A stretch of DNA of 58,793 nucleotides, taken from the NCBI GenBank assembly GCA_037439985.1, contig JBBIUZ010000001.1, forward strand, positions 2,002 through 60,794, read 5' to 3'. Below, piece after piece: positions 1 through 8,866 of this stretch. The translations under genes and the position numbers were made by a program. The stretch is from Methanobacteriota archaeon (GTDB taxonomy: Archaea > Thermoplasmatota > Thermoplasmata > UBA10834). Every line of letters begins with the position of its first letter. Position 1 is the stretch's first letter. The notes under the pieces were generated by a model that had not been told where the DNA came from, ran no database searches, and was given only the letters and a program-made list of their open reading frames with translations.

Positions 1-1
1 G

Positions 2-499
2 CTAGAGCGTTCCAAAAGGTTAGTAGCCTGGCCGCGCGCGGCGGTGTACGGGGAGGCGCTCGGCGAGGCCTTCGGAACGGCCATCGGCACGTTCGTGGGC
101 TCGGACATGATGTCCGGCGCAGGGAGCCTGGACAACGCCAAGGGCGCCGCCCTCGAGCAGGTCGTGATGGATTCGTACCTGTGGGAGGACATCAGGGGCT
201 ACATGAGGAAGTACGAGGTGTCGAAGGAGAGGATAGCGCTCGACGTGATCGAGCAGGTTGGCCACGGGCGCTCCTTCCTGACACACCCGCACACGGTGAA
301 GAACTTCAAGCTCGAGACGCCCTTCAGGGACCAGAGGAAGAAGCTCTGGCAGGCCACCCTGTCGACCAGGATGGCTGACGAAGCGAGAGGGGAGGCCATT
401 GGGATATTGGCGGAGCACGAGGTGCCCGCCCTTGAGAAGGAAGTGCTGGCGCGCGGCTCCGCGATCGTCAAGGAGTACGAGCGGAAGCTTCTGGCCTGA
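2..499 (+). CDS. MttB-superfamily (trimethylamine methyltransferase-like) protein, C-terminal fragment; 5' end lies outside the window
   Basis: The frame is open from base 2. GSLDNAKGAALEQVVMD...GHGRSFLTHPHTVKNF aligns with the C-terminus of the full-length MttB-like ORF at 42799-44235 (GGLDQAKGASLEQVVID...GPGGSFLRNPHTARNL). TGA stop at 497-499. Confidence 0.8.
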   Translation, partial: LERSKRLVAWPRAAVYGEALGEAFGTAIGTFVGSDMMSGAGSLDNAKGAALEQVVMDSYLWEDIRGYMRKYEVSKERIALDVIEQVGHGRSFLTHPHTVKNFKLETPFRDQRKKLWQATLSTRMADEARGEAIGILAEHEVPALEKEVLARGSAIVKEYERKLLA

Positions 500-583
500 G
501 CGCCCGCAAGGCGACATTCCGATAGCCCCGCTCCGCCATTCATATCCTCGGGCAGTCCGGGGATAGCGGGGTTCGGAAGGGAG

Positions 584-1296
584 ATGGATGTGGAGGGGTT
601 CTCCAGGCTGATGGAGGCCCTCACCCTGAGGTATCTCCACATGACCGCATGGGTCTCCCGAAGGGCGGGGAAGAGGCCGCGCGAGCTGCTCTCTGAAGTG
701 CCCTTCGTATCGCTCTCCGTGCTCGTCGTCCTGGTCGCGCTCTTCGCCATGTCGATGGTCAGAGGCGGCTGGTCGTGGTCGACCTGGATATACTCCTTCG
801 CCTTCTCCATCATGGTCCCGCTGGTGGCGTTCGAGGTCATGCGGGGGTCGTGATCACGGGCGGCGCGATGCTCCTCCTGTTCTTCATGGTGGTCCTGGAC
901 TCCGGCATGCCCGGGTACTTCGGCTGCAGCGTCTCCGACACCAACTGGTACGACAACTGGGCGCACCTGGTCGGCGTGTTCGGGATGACCATGCTCCTGT
1001 GGTCGTTCCTATGCTGGGCCCCTGGCTCGGACCGCCCTCGTGGTGGGAACGGCACGAGGAGGTTCGTGCTCGTGATCGGCACGATGGTCGCGGTGTCGTT
1101 CCTGTTCGATTTCATAGAGTTCCTCACGGACGCCCTGTTCGGCTGGACGAACTTCCATCCAGGGACAGACACCGTTGGGGACCTCACTTTCGACCTCGCG
1201 GGTGTGACCATAGGAGGATTGGTCATCTCGAGGCACGGTGCCAGCCTGCTCAGCAGGCCGTTCTGGCAGGATCGGCCGATACCAGCGGGCCGCTAG
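584..1296 (+). pseudogene. DUF2238/YjdF-like polytopic membrane protein split into two frames at a G5 run (843-847); alternatively two ORFs (584-853 and 850-1296) coupled by a GTGA overlap
   Basis: ORF1 (ATG 584, preceded by GGAAGGGAG) contributes 2 TM helices. ORF2 contributes the remaining TMs plus the motifs NWYDNWAHLVGVFG, FDFIEFLTD and GTDTVGDLTFDLAGVTIGG, which match my recollection of YjdF (NHYDRIVHFLFG, YEIIEWW, GDIWDAQWDMLLAG). Adding one extra G in the run would fuse the two frames. Confidence 0.5.
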
Positions 1297-2378
1297 ACGC
1301 CCCGCTCGACCTGCGCGATCGCGTCGAGGAGGTCGCCGGCCCTCATCCTCTCGGGCATGTTCCTGCTGTCCGGGTCCTTCTCGCACGCCCATTCCGCGGC
1401 CTGCCTGAGCGCGGCCTTCGTGGGCTCCCCTAGCTGCTTCAGCGTGGTCGGCAGCCCGACCTTCGCGCACCAGTCCGCGATCCGGCGTATCTCATCCGCC
1501 GGCCGCTTCTCGTAGACGAGCTGGACGATCGTCGAGTACGCTACCGTCTCCCCGTGCTCGCCGTTGACCTGCCCTGTCTTCGTGAGCCCATTGGAAAGCG
1601 CATGGGCGAGCGCGCAACCGGTGTTCTCGAAGGCCATGGCGGAGGACAGCTTCACGGCCTCTATGACGTCGTCCACGTCGAGCGAGTGAATGCCGTTCCT
1701 GAGGTCCGTGACGGCCTTGAGGCCGTGCTCCATCAGCCCGTCGAAGCAGGCGTCTGCGAGCGCGAGGGCCGGTGCGGCGGGTACCTGGCCTGGAGATCTC
1801 CTCTTGGCGGCCTTGGCGAAGGCCTCGGACTCGAACTTCGTCGCGAGCGCGTCCCCCATGCCCCAGACGATGTACTCCACGGGCGCCTTGGAGATGATCT
1901 CCGTGTCCTCGATCACGACCACCGGGCTCCTCGGGAGCGCGATCGCCTCCAGGTAGCGGTGGTCCTCTGTGTAGACGACGGACTCGGCGCTGGCATCCGC
2001 GTTCGTCGCGCACTGGGTGCCTACGGATATCGCCGGGAGCTTCAGCCTCCACGCGACCGCCTTGGCAGTGTCGATCGCCCTTCCGCCCCCGACACCAACG
2101 ACGAAATGCGCCTTGCACTGCCTGCACTCCTCCACGAGCCTGTTGATGGTCGCGTGGGTGCAGTCCTTGACATCGTCCTTCCAGCCAACGGCCTCGATGC
2201 CGTTCGAGTCGAGCGACTTCCGTATCCTCTCGCCCGCGACCGACAGCGCGGTGTGACCGCCGACGACGAACGCCTTGTCCCCGAAGGGGCGCGCCTTCTG
2301 GCCGAGGTGGTAGATAGCTCCCTTTCCCTGGATGTACAGCGGGGGCATGATCATCTTCCTTGTGGTGACATCATCCAT
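1293..2378 (-). CDS. gldA: Glycerol dehydrogenase (iron-containing alcohol dehydrogenase family)
   Basis: 361 aa. Motifs PPLYIQGKGAI, GVGGGRAIDTAKAVA, GMGDALATKFESEA, ALAHALSNGLT and HGETVAYST align along the whole length with E. coli GldA as I recall it. GGGAGGAGG lies 10 nt upstream of the ATG. TAG stop. Confidence 0.85.
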   Translation of the reverse strand: MDDVTTRKMIMPPLYIQGKGAIYHLGQKARPFGDKAFVVGGHTALSVAGERIRKSLDSNGIEAVGWKDDVKDCTHATINRLVEECRQCKAHFVVGVGGGRAIDTAKAVAWRLKLPAISVGTQCATNADASAESVVYTEDHRYLEAIALPRSPVVVIEDTEIISKAPVEYIVWGMGDALATKFESEAFAKAAKRRSPGQVPAAPALALADACFDGLMEHGLKAVTDLRNGIHSLDVDDVIEAVKLSSAMAFENTGCALAHALSNGLTKTGQVNGEHGETVAYSTIVQLVYEKRPADEIRRIADWCAKVGLPTTLKQLGEPTKAALRQAAEWACEKDPDSRNMPERMRAGDLLDAIAQVERGV

Positions 2379-2435
2379 AACAGGTGGTCCTCCTCCCGGG
2401 TGATCAGAATCCTATGACATGGAGGTCGTTGTGGG

Positions 2436-2443
2436 TATTAAAT
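2436..2443. promoter_or_regulatory. TATA-like element (TATTAAAT) between divergent gldA and the methyltransferase gene
   Basis: An AT-rich octamer in an otherwise GC-rich 63-nt divergent intergenic region. Confidence 0.35.
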
Positions 2444-2489
2444 GCAACCATTATTCATAGGATGCCTGACCATTACGGGCGCGGTGAGA

Positions 2490-3203
2490 ATGACCCCGCG
2501 GGAGTGCGCCGATCCGCTCGCCCTGAAGGAGAAGACCAGGACGAAGTACGATGACCAATGGGCAGGGCAGGACTCGGAGGGGGCGGCCGAGCGCAGGCGG
2601 ACGCTGGCGGCCGTCGCGGACCCGCTCATACGCATGGTCCAGCCGCTGGCCGGCATGACCGTCGCCGACCTGGGGATCGGGACCGGCAGCCTCGCCTTCA
2701 GGGCGGTCGAGCTGGCGGCCCCGAAGGAGCTGATAGGTATCGACTTCTCCTTTCCGGGGCTTTGCGTCGCCCGCTCGATATCCAGGCAGCCGCGGTTCAG
2801 GGATACCGACATCGAGCTGGTCCAGGCGGACCTCGAGCACGTGCCCCTCTCCAACAGGTCCGTTGACATCGTCCTCAGTCAGGCCACTCTGAACCTCATT
2901 CCCGACAAGGCCCTCGCGATGAGAGAGATGGCGCGGGTATCGAGACCGGGCGCGAAGATCGCAGTCTCGGACGCGTTCAGGACATCGCAGGTGGGCTTCG
3001 GGTGCTCGTGGGAGCAGTGCATAGGGGGCGCGGTCACCGTGAGCGAGTTCTCGTGGCTGGCGCTCGCCGCGGGCCTGATCTTATCGAGCCAGATCGACCT
3101 CACGCAGCAGGTCAGGAAGCTCGTGAGCGACGGGAAGTGGAACTGGCCGGAGTTCTTGCAGTACAACATGGACTACAGGGCGTTCCTGTTGCTGAGGGCG
3201 TGA
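2490..3203 (+). CDS. Class I SAM-dependent methyltransferase (type 11; ArsM-like C-terminal segment)
   Basis: VADLGIGTGSLA (motif I), IDFS, and DIVLSQATLNLIPD; SWEQCIGGAVTVSEF resembles the ArsM-type CxGGA segment. The longer ORF start at 2442 sits inside a TATA-like element, so ATG 2490 (preceded by GGTGAG) is preferred. Confidence 0.7.
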   Translation: MTPRECADPLALKEKTRTKYDDQWAGQDSEGAAERRRTLAAVADPLIRMVQPLAGMTVADLGIGTGSLAFRAVELAAPKELIGIDFSFPGLCVARSISRQPRFRDTDIELVQADLEHVPLSNRSVDIVLSQATLNLIPDKALAMREMARVSRPGAKIAVSDAFRTSQVGFGCSWEQCIGGAVTVSEFSWLALAAGLILSSQIDLTQQVRKLVSDGKWNWPEFLQYNMDYRAFLLLRA

Positions 3204-3474
3204 GCTCGGGGCAAATGCCCGGACGCGAACATTGCTTCTGTCCGAGTCGTGGCCTTCATTCACCTTTGATCGCCTGTATGTTCCATGCCAACAATCGATA
3301 GTCGATTTGTCCCCAGTCACTTCTGAGCCCCATTGGCTGGGGCTTTCAGGCATGCATCCGTTCGCGGTCAAGGGCGCAGCATGGCACTTCGTCCCATGGA
3401 TCTGTCCCAATTCGTGACACCCGAACCGCGCGATTCTCGCGGGCTAGATCCGGAGGGAACGAAGTCCGCCGTTC

Positions 3475-4317
3475 TCAGAGCCACTTCCGCGTGTACTCCT
3501 CGCTCAGCTCCCACAGTCTCATGGCAAGCACGGGATCGTTCGACTCCTTCGAGGTTCTCGCGACTTTCTCGTTCCTGAAGCATTCTCCTGAGATATCTGC
3601 CACACTCGGGGAGCTAGCAAGGAATACAGAGGTTCTCGCCCCCTTCTCCGGGCTTGTTCCAAACAACCTGAAAAAGAGCCTGCTCGGACCCCTTGAGTTC
3701 CTCGACAGATTGGTCGCAACGAGCCCTGGCATCAGGCAGTTGGCAGTAACGCCTGTTCCGGCCAACCTCCTCGACAGCTCCTTTATGAACAGCATGTCCG
3801 CCAGCTTCGATTGCCTGTAAGCCGACATTGGTCTGAAGGCTATCTTGAACTCGATGTCTTCGAAATCAATGGTGCCGCCATGAAGGCCTGATGAGAGGCT
3901 GATCACTCGAGCGGGAGCGCTCTTTCTGAGCAACCCAAGGAGCATGTTGGTCATCAGGAATGGAGCGAGGTGATTCACCGCAAAGGTTGTCTCGATACTA
4001 TCCTTCGAGGCTTTCCATTGTCTCTCCCATGTGCCTGCGTTGTTGACGAGCACGTGCAGTCTGTCGTGCTTCTGCAGGAAAGTCGAGCAGAATTCATGAA
4101 CAGAAGAGAGGGACGAGAGGTCGCATTCGAAGTACTCCACTGCCTCGTTGCCCGAAACGCTTCGTATCTGATCCCTGGTCGCACGTGCCTTTTCGGCATC
4201 CCTCGCCGTGAACACTATCGTCGCGCCCATTCTGGCAAGGGCCAATGCCGTTGCATTCCCTATTCCGGATGTCGCGCCGGTGATCAGGCAAGTTCTCCCG
4301 TTCATATTGACCGTCAT
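3475..4317 (-). CDS. Short-chain dehydrogenase/reductase (SDR), retinol-dehydrogenase-like
   Basis: TGATSGIGNATA (TGxxxGxG), NNAG, and S...YRQSK (YxxxK catalytic motif). The start was chosen at MTVNMNGRTCLITG. The gene and its flanks are visibly lower in GC than their surroundings. Confidence 0.85.
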   Translation of the reverse strand: MTVNMNGRTCLITGATSGIGNATALALARMGATIVFTARDAEKARATRDQIRSVSGNEAVEYFECDLSSLSSVHEFCSTFLQKHDRLHVLVNNAGTWERQWKASKDSIETTFAVNHLAPFLMTNMLLGLLRKSAPARVISLSSGLHGGTIDFEDIEFKIAFRPMSAYRQSKLADMLFIKELSRRLAGTGVTANCLMPGLVATNLSRNSRGPSRLFFRLFGTSPEKGARTSVFLASSPSVADISGECFRNEKVARTSKESNDPVLAMRLWELSEEYTRKWL

Positions 4318-4647
4318 GGTGTCGCCTCGCGCCGTAGCTATCATGTCATAATGGTTTTTGCCCGAACTACATCGAGACGAGGGTGATTGCCGTGTCTTGC
4401 CGGGCCCGCGCTCTGAACGACTTCCCCAAGGAGGGAAGGGGTTGGATTTGACGATCACAAGAACCTCCGTGGTGAACTGATCCTGGTCGGCAACTCGATG
4501 GATGTCATCTTGTTCCGACTCTTCCGCTTGTCACGGATCCCCCAGATGTTGGACATGCCTCTGTTCAAGGCCTTCTCGCACTTTGATGACTTTGTCCGTT
4601 GGCGATGGATTCGCTCCAATCCACGGGACGCACTCGGGGTGCTGCGT

Positions 4648-5625
4648 TCAGGAGCGGACGAGATACCGGTCAAGCTCGTAGCTCTTCCCCGGCCTGCCAT
4701 CGGAGCGGATCGCCCTCTGGATGAACTGGCCGCAGTTGCTCCCTATGCGGTTCTCTTCGAGCTGCCCTATGCTCAGGACGACATCGAACCCCTCCTCGGC
4801 GAACGCCTCCACGAGCCTGTCCGAAGTGCCTCTCTCCTCGGGGTCGATCGCAGACACGAGGTCCTGCTCCTTCGACCGGACCGTGGGGTTCAGGGGCGTG
4901 AGCTTGACCATGAACCTCTCGGGGTCGAAATGCCGCCGGACGACCGATGGATCGACCGGATATCCAGTCACGGGGGCGAAGTTCAGGGTGATCTTCTTGT
5001 CCCCGTTCTCCGGCCTCGCGAAGCGCTCGCCATAGGAAGCGATCTCGTCGAAGGACCATTTCCTGGTGGGAATGAGGGAGTCGCGAGCCGCGGCATCCGT
5101 TGTGTGTATCGAGAACTGCAGCTGGAACCTACCGCCGGGGTAGAAGGTGTCCTTGACGCCGACCAGTCCCTCGAAGAACTCGCAAGCGGTCGCGTTCTTG
5201 GGTGCTACTGTCGAGACGGACACGTTCAGGCCCGGAGCTTCGTACACCGACGGGAGCCGCATCATCGCCTTCAGCACATCGAGGTTCAGCGAGGGCTCGC
5301 CCATCCTCGCGAACTGTATCTTGAACTTGTGGACCGGGACACGCCCATCGGGGAACCTCCGGCGCACGAGGTAGTCTACCTGGGAAAGGATCTCGTCCGT
5401 CGTCAGCCTCCCCCCGAAATCGCCTCCGGCATCGCACATCCTGCACCTGATGGGGCAACCGTACATGGATGACACGATGAGCACCCACTTCCTGTCTCGC
5501 GGAATGGGCGGTTGGACGGACTCCACGAACTCGACCAGGTGCTGCTTGTTGGAACCTTCCTCTCGCATCTTCGCGACGAATACCTTCGCGAGTTCGTCAT
5601 TGCCGTACTCGGCGACGATCCTCAT
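4648..5625 (-). CDS. Radical SAM enzyme, RlmN/Cfr-like (COG0820-like)
   Basis: The CPIRCRMC CX3CX2C motif lies in the context VLIVSSMYGC. Also present: ARMGEPSLN, KLTPLNPT, and C-terminal ENRIGSNCGQF (compare RlmN DIDAACGQL). The ATG at 5623-5625 overlaps the upstream gene's stop (ATGA). Confidence 0.8.
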   Translation of the reverse strand: MRIVAEYGNDELAKVFVAKMREEGSNKQHLVEFVESVQPPIPRDRKWVLIVSSMYGCPIRCRMCDAGGDFGGRLTTDEILSQVDYLVRRRFPDGRVPVHKFKIQFARMGEPSLNLDVLKAMMRLPSVYEAPGLNVSVSTVAPKNATACEFFEGLVGVKDTFYPGGRFQLQFSIHTTDAAARDSLIPTRKWSFDEIASYGERFARPENGDKKITLNFAPVTGYPVDPSVVRRHFDPERFMVKLTPLNPTVRSKEQDLVSAIDPEERGTSDRLVEAFAEEGFDVVLSIGQLEENRIGSNCGQFIQRAIRSDGRPGKSYELDRYLVRS

Positions 5626-6509
5626 TCCCTCACCTCGTCCAGATACTCCTTTGCGAGCATGGCGGCGCGGATGCCGTCCCCGACAGCTATGCCCGTCTGC
5701 CTGTGCCTTTCCCGCGCGACATCTCCCGCGAGGTACAGCCCTCTCACGCCCGTCTCGGGGAGCGCCCTCGCTCCGTCGACCGCTCTCCGGCGCAGCCCAG
5801 CGCTCAGGACCTCGATCCTCGGCACGCGACCGCACGCCATGAGAACCATGTCCCCGGCCAGCTCGATCCTGGACGCACCCGCGTCGCACTCGACCGTCAC
5901 ACCCGCTGGCGTCCGGCGGACCGCAATCGGGTTCGCGCCGATGACGACCTCGATGCCAACGGCCTCGGTCCTGTCGCGCAGCAGGGCAAGGCAGCGGGGC
6001 TCCGAGCGGGATATGATGATTGCCCGCGCCCTGCCCTCCACGAGGCTCAGGGCGTAGTCGAATGCCGCGTCGCCCCCTCCCACTACGATCACGCGCTTTC
6101 CGCTCACGCCAGGCAGGTCAGTGATATCATCAAAGACGACCGTCCCACGGAGTGCCGCGGCACCTCTGAGCGCGGCTCTCGTCGGCTTCGTGCCAGTGGC
6201 GACTATCACGGACCGCGACCTGCGGATTGACGCGTTGGTGCTCACCTTGAACCCCCAAGGTGCGAGAGCGATGCGCCGTACATCCTCCTTCAGTGGACGC
6301 ACGCCCGCTCTCCGGAGCTGGTCCACGAACCTCGCGACTAGCTCGGTCCCCGGGAGTCCGTCTGGGAACCCTGGGTAGTTCTCCACAAGGTTGGCGCTAC
6401 GGAGCAATCCCCCAGGCGCCGCTCTCTCGATGAGGACGGGCTCGAGTCCTGCGCGATGGAGGTAGATCGCCGCCGCCATGCCAGCTGGTCCTGCGCCGAC
6501 GATTGTCAC
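5622..6509 (-). CDS. FAD-dependent pyridine nucleotide-disulfide oxidoreductase, thioredoxin-reductase-like but lacking the CxxC redox centre
   Basis: IVGAGPAGMAAA and VVGGGDAAFDYA dinucleotide-binding motifs, plus a C-terminal GLYLAGDV FAD motif. There is no CATC/CxxC anywhere in the protein. The GTG start at 6507-6509 overlaps the upstream stop (GTGA). Confidence 0.8.
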   Translation of the reverse strand: MTIVGAGPAGMAAAIYLHRAGLEPVLIERAAPGGLLRSANLVENYPGFPDGLPGTELVARFVDQLRRAGVRPLKEDVRRIALAPWGFKVSTNASIRRSRSVIVATGTKPTRAALRGAAALRGTVVFDDITDLPGVSGKRVIVVGGGDAAFDYALSLVEGRARAIIISRSEPRCLALLRDRTEAVGIEVVIGANPIAVRRTPAGVTVECDAGASRIELAGDMVLMACGRVPRIEVLSAGLRRRAVDGARALPETGVRGLYLAGDVARERHRQTGIAVGDGIRAAMLAKEYLDEVRE

Positions 6510-7159
6510 TTCGCTCTCAGGCAGGTCAGCACCTCCGAGGATGTCATCGGAATTGCGAAGCCGTCCGAGAGCGCCTTCATGCTCGAGACATGGAGATCCT
6601 CCGTCTTGGAGGCAGTGCCGTCCACGACCAGGAACACATCGAAGTCTCGCATGAACGCATCCCTGGCCGTGGAATCGCAGCAGAGGTGCGTCATCACTCC
6701 CGTTATCACGAGGCTGGTCACGTCCCGTTCCCGCAGTTGTCGCTCCAGATCCGTTCCGACGAAGGCACTGTAGCGCGACTTGCGGATGACCATCTCGTCA
6801 CTGCGGGGGACGAAGCGCGGGTCAATCTCGCTGGCTGCGTCGCCATCCCTCGTGACATCCGGCCACCATCTCCCCATCGCACCCGCGCTCTCGGACCGTC
6901 CCAGCGCGTGCCTTGTGAACACGATCGGCAACGCCCTCTCCCTGTAAGCTTCGATGAGTCCGAGGACATTCTCCACTATTCCGTCGGAGTCGGGGAGGAA
7001 CGAGCGCGAGGACCTGTCGAGGAAGAGCCGCTGCATGTCTATGACGAACAACGCAGAACGCTCCGGGGCCAGTTTGTGGCTCTCTGACCTGTGCCTGCTC
7101 AGATAGGGCGCGACCTCGCGGGCGTAGTCTTTCGTTCTCTCTTCCGAGACCCGGGCCAC
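6506..7159 (-). CDS. Isochorismatase-family cysteine hydrolase (EntB/PhzD-like)
   Basis: Catalytic D/K/C pattern: ALFVIDMQ, VIRKSRYSAF, ITGVMTHLCCDSTARDA. GTG start, preceded by GGGAGG 8 nt upstream. Confidence 0.85.
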   Translation of the reverse strand: MARVSEERTKDYAREVAPYLSRHRSESHKLAPERSALFVIDMQRLFLDRSSRSFLPDSDGIVENVLGLIEAYRERALPIVFTRHALGRSESAGAMGRWWPDVTRDGDAASEIDPRFVPRSDEMVIRKSRYSAFVGTDLERQLRERDVTSLVITGVMTHLCCDSTARDAFMRDFDVFLVVDGTASKTEDLHVSSMKALSDGFAIPMTSSEVLTCLRAK

Positions 7160-7525
7160 GATGACAGCCTCCCGTTCTCGGTTTCCTGGATTGGAAGGCT
7201 GGAAAGCCGGAAAACAGTGCCTCTAGCGAAGGCGAACACAGCCCTCTCTAATCAACCTTTCGAGCACGGTCTCAGAGGCGGACCGCGTTCGAAGTTCCTT
7301 CGGTTGACGCTCCCCGAGCGTGAGCACACGGTCTTCCGTGGGGTGATGCGCGTCTCGGTCAGGCGCTCGGTAGTTCGGTATAGAAATGTCCAACGAGGTT
7401 ACAAATAGTACATCACACATCATGTTTGACCATGAATCTCAGGGGGGACGGTCTTTGGGGCTCCTGCAAACGAGGTAGCTCGTGCAAATCACGGAAACCC
7501 GCACCTCCCCACCAGCGTCTCCATT

Positions 7526-8866
7526 GTGGAGGGTCTGGGAGCCGGCCCCGTCTCTCTCTTCTCGTCTCTGCGTGCGCGGTTCCCAGGTGAGTGCTTTCTG
7601 CTCGAGTCCGTGGAGGGCCCGAGGAAGGTCGCACGCTACTCGTTCATCGGAGTCGACCCCATCTCGGTGTTCACCTCCTCGCAGGGGAAGGTCATGGCAG
7701 ATGGGGTGCGCGAGAAGGTCGAGGACCCGTACGGGGCTCTCCGGAACCACTTCAGGTCGATGAGATGCGGGGCGTCTACGCTCGCACCGTTCTCAGGGGG
7801 CATGGTCGGTTTCGTGGGGTACGAGATGGTGCGCCACTTCGAAGGCATCAGGGATATCCCAGACAACGAGGTCGCTACTCCTGACATCTACTTCGTCCTG
7901 CCTAGGCACCTGGTCTGCATCGACCATCTGAACTCCAGGACATTGCTGATCTCTCACGGCAACATAGCAGACCTCAAGGACGCCGTCGCGAGCGCGGAGC
8001 CCGCCGAGACGCGAGCCCTCAGCATATCCAAAGGCCGGTCGAACACATCACGCGCCCGCTTCGAATCGATGGTCGACAGGGCCAAGGAGAGGATCCTGGA
8101 CGGCGAGGTCTTCCAGGTGGTCCTGTCCCGGAGGACTGACTTCGATATCAGGGGCGATCCGCTGGGCATGTATTCAGTTCTGCGATCCCTCAATCCCTCG
8201 CCTTACCTGTTCTTCCTGGACTTCGGCGACCTCAAGCTCCTCGGATCGTCGCCTGAGATGCTGGTCCGCCTTGAGGGCACCAGGCTGACGACCAGGCCGC
8301 TAGCCGGGACCAGGCCGCGCATGGACGACGTCGAGGAGGACGAGAAGCTCAAGGTCGAGATGCTCCTGGACGAGAAGGAGAGGGCCGAGCACCTGATGCT
8401 CGTGGACCTGCACAGGAACGACGTGGGAAGGGTGTCCAAGTGCGGCACCGTGAAGGTCACGGAGCTGATGGCCGTCGAGAAGTACTCCCACGTCCAGCAC
8501 ATCGTGAGCAACGTCGAGAGCGAGATAAGGGATGACAGGGACGGCTTCGACGCTCTGAAGTCGTGCTTTCCGGCCGGGACCGTCACGGGCGCACCGAAGA
8601 TACGCGCGATGGAGATCATCAGCGAGTTGGAGGGGGCGAGGCGCGGGCCATATGGCGGAGCAGTGGGGTACTTCGATTTCACGGGGAACATGGACTTCGC
8701 CATAACGATCCGCTCGATCGTTGTGAACGGGCACCGCGCGAGCGTGCAGGCCGGTGCGGGGATCGTCGCCGATTCAGTTCCAGAGAGGGAGTATCTGGAG
8801 ACTGAGCACAAGATGGGCGCGACGCTCCAGGCGCTGTCGTCGTTGGCTGGAGGCGGGCGACGATGA
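7526..8866 (+). CDS. trpE: Anthranilate synthase component I
   Basis: FQVVLSRR, NPSPYLFFLDF, LLGSSPE, RPLAGTRPRM, EHLMLVDLHRND, SHVQHIVS, FPAGTVTGAPKIRAME, RGPYGGAVGY. The GTG start assignment is uncertain. Confidence 0.9.
   Translation: MEGLGAGPVSLFSSLRARFPGECFLLESVEGPRKVARYSFIGVDPISVFTSSQGKVMADGVREKVEDPYGALRNHFRSMRCGASTLAPFSGGMVGFVGYEMVRHFEGIRDIPDNEVATPDIYFVLPRHLVCIDHLNSRTLLISHGNIADLKDAVASAEPAETRALSISKGRSNTSRARFESMVDRAKERILDGEVFQVVLSRRTDFDIRGDPLGMYSVLRSLNPSPYLFFLDFGDLKLLGSSPEMLVRLEGTRLTTRPLAGTRPRMDDVEEDEKLKVEMLLDEKERAEHLMLVDLHRNDVGRVSKCGTVKVTELMAVEKYSHVQHIVSNVESEIRDDRDGFDALKSCFPAGTVTGAPKIRAMEIISELEGARRGPYGGAVGYFDFTGNMDFAITIRSIVVNGHRASVQAGAGIVADSVPEREYLETEHKMGATLQALSSLAGGGRR

Noticed and set aside
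4455-4700. 81-aa minus-strand ORF in the low-GC flank between the radical SAM and SDR genes
   Set aside because: It overlaps the radical SAM 3' end, has no SD or TATA, and its sequence is basic and Ser-rich without motifs. It could be a gene remnant, but this cannot be supported.
5626-5889. Extension of the radical SAM ORF, and similar extensions at 17911-18351 and 51320-51565
   Set aside because: All are Arg/Gly/Pro-rich, overlap the neighbouring gene or promoter region, and are superseded by starts with SD or TATA support.
7227-7304. 78-nt segment with complementary ends (GCGAAGG ... CCTTCGG) and an internal GTTCGAAG, initially suggestive of a tRNA
   Set aside because: No D-arm, no anticodon arm, and no T-stem flanking the TTCGAA. 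It cannot be folded into a cloverleaf by eye.
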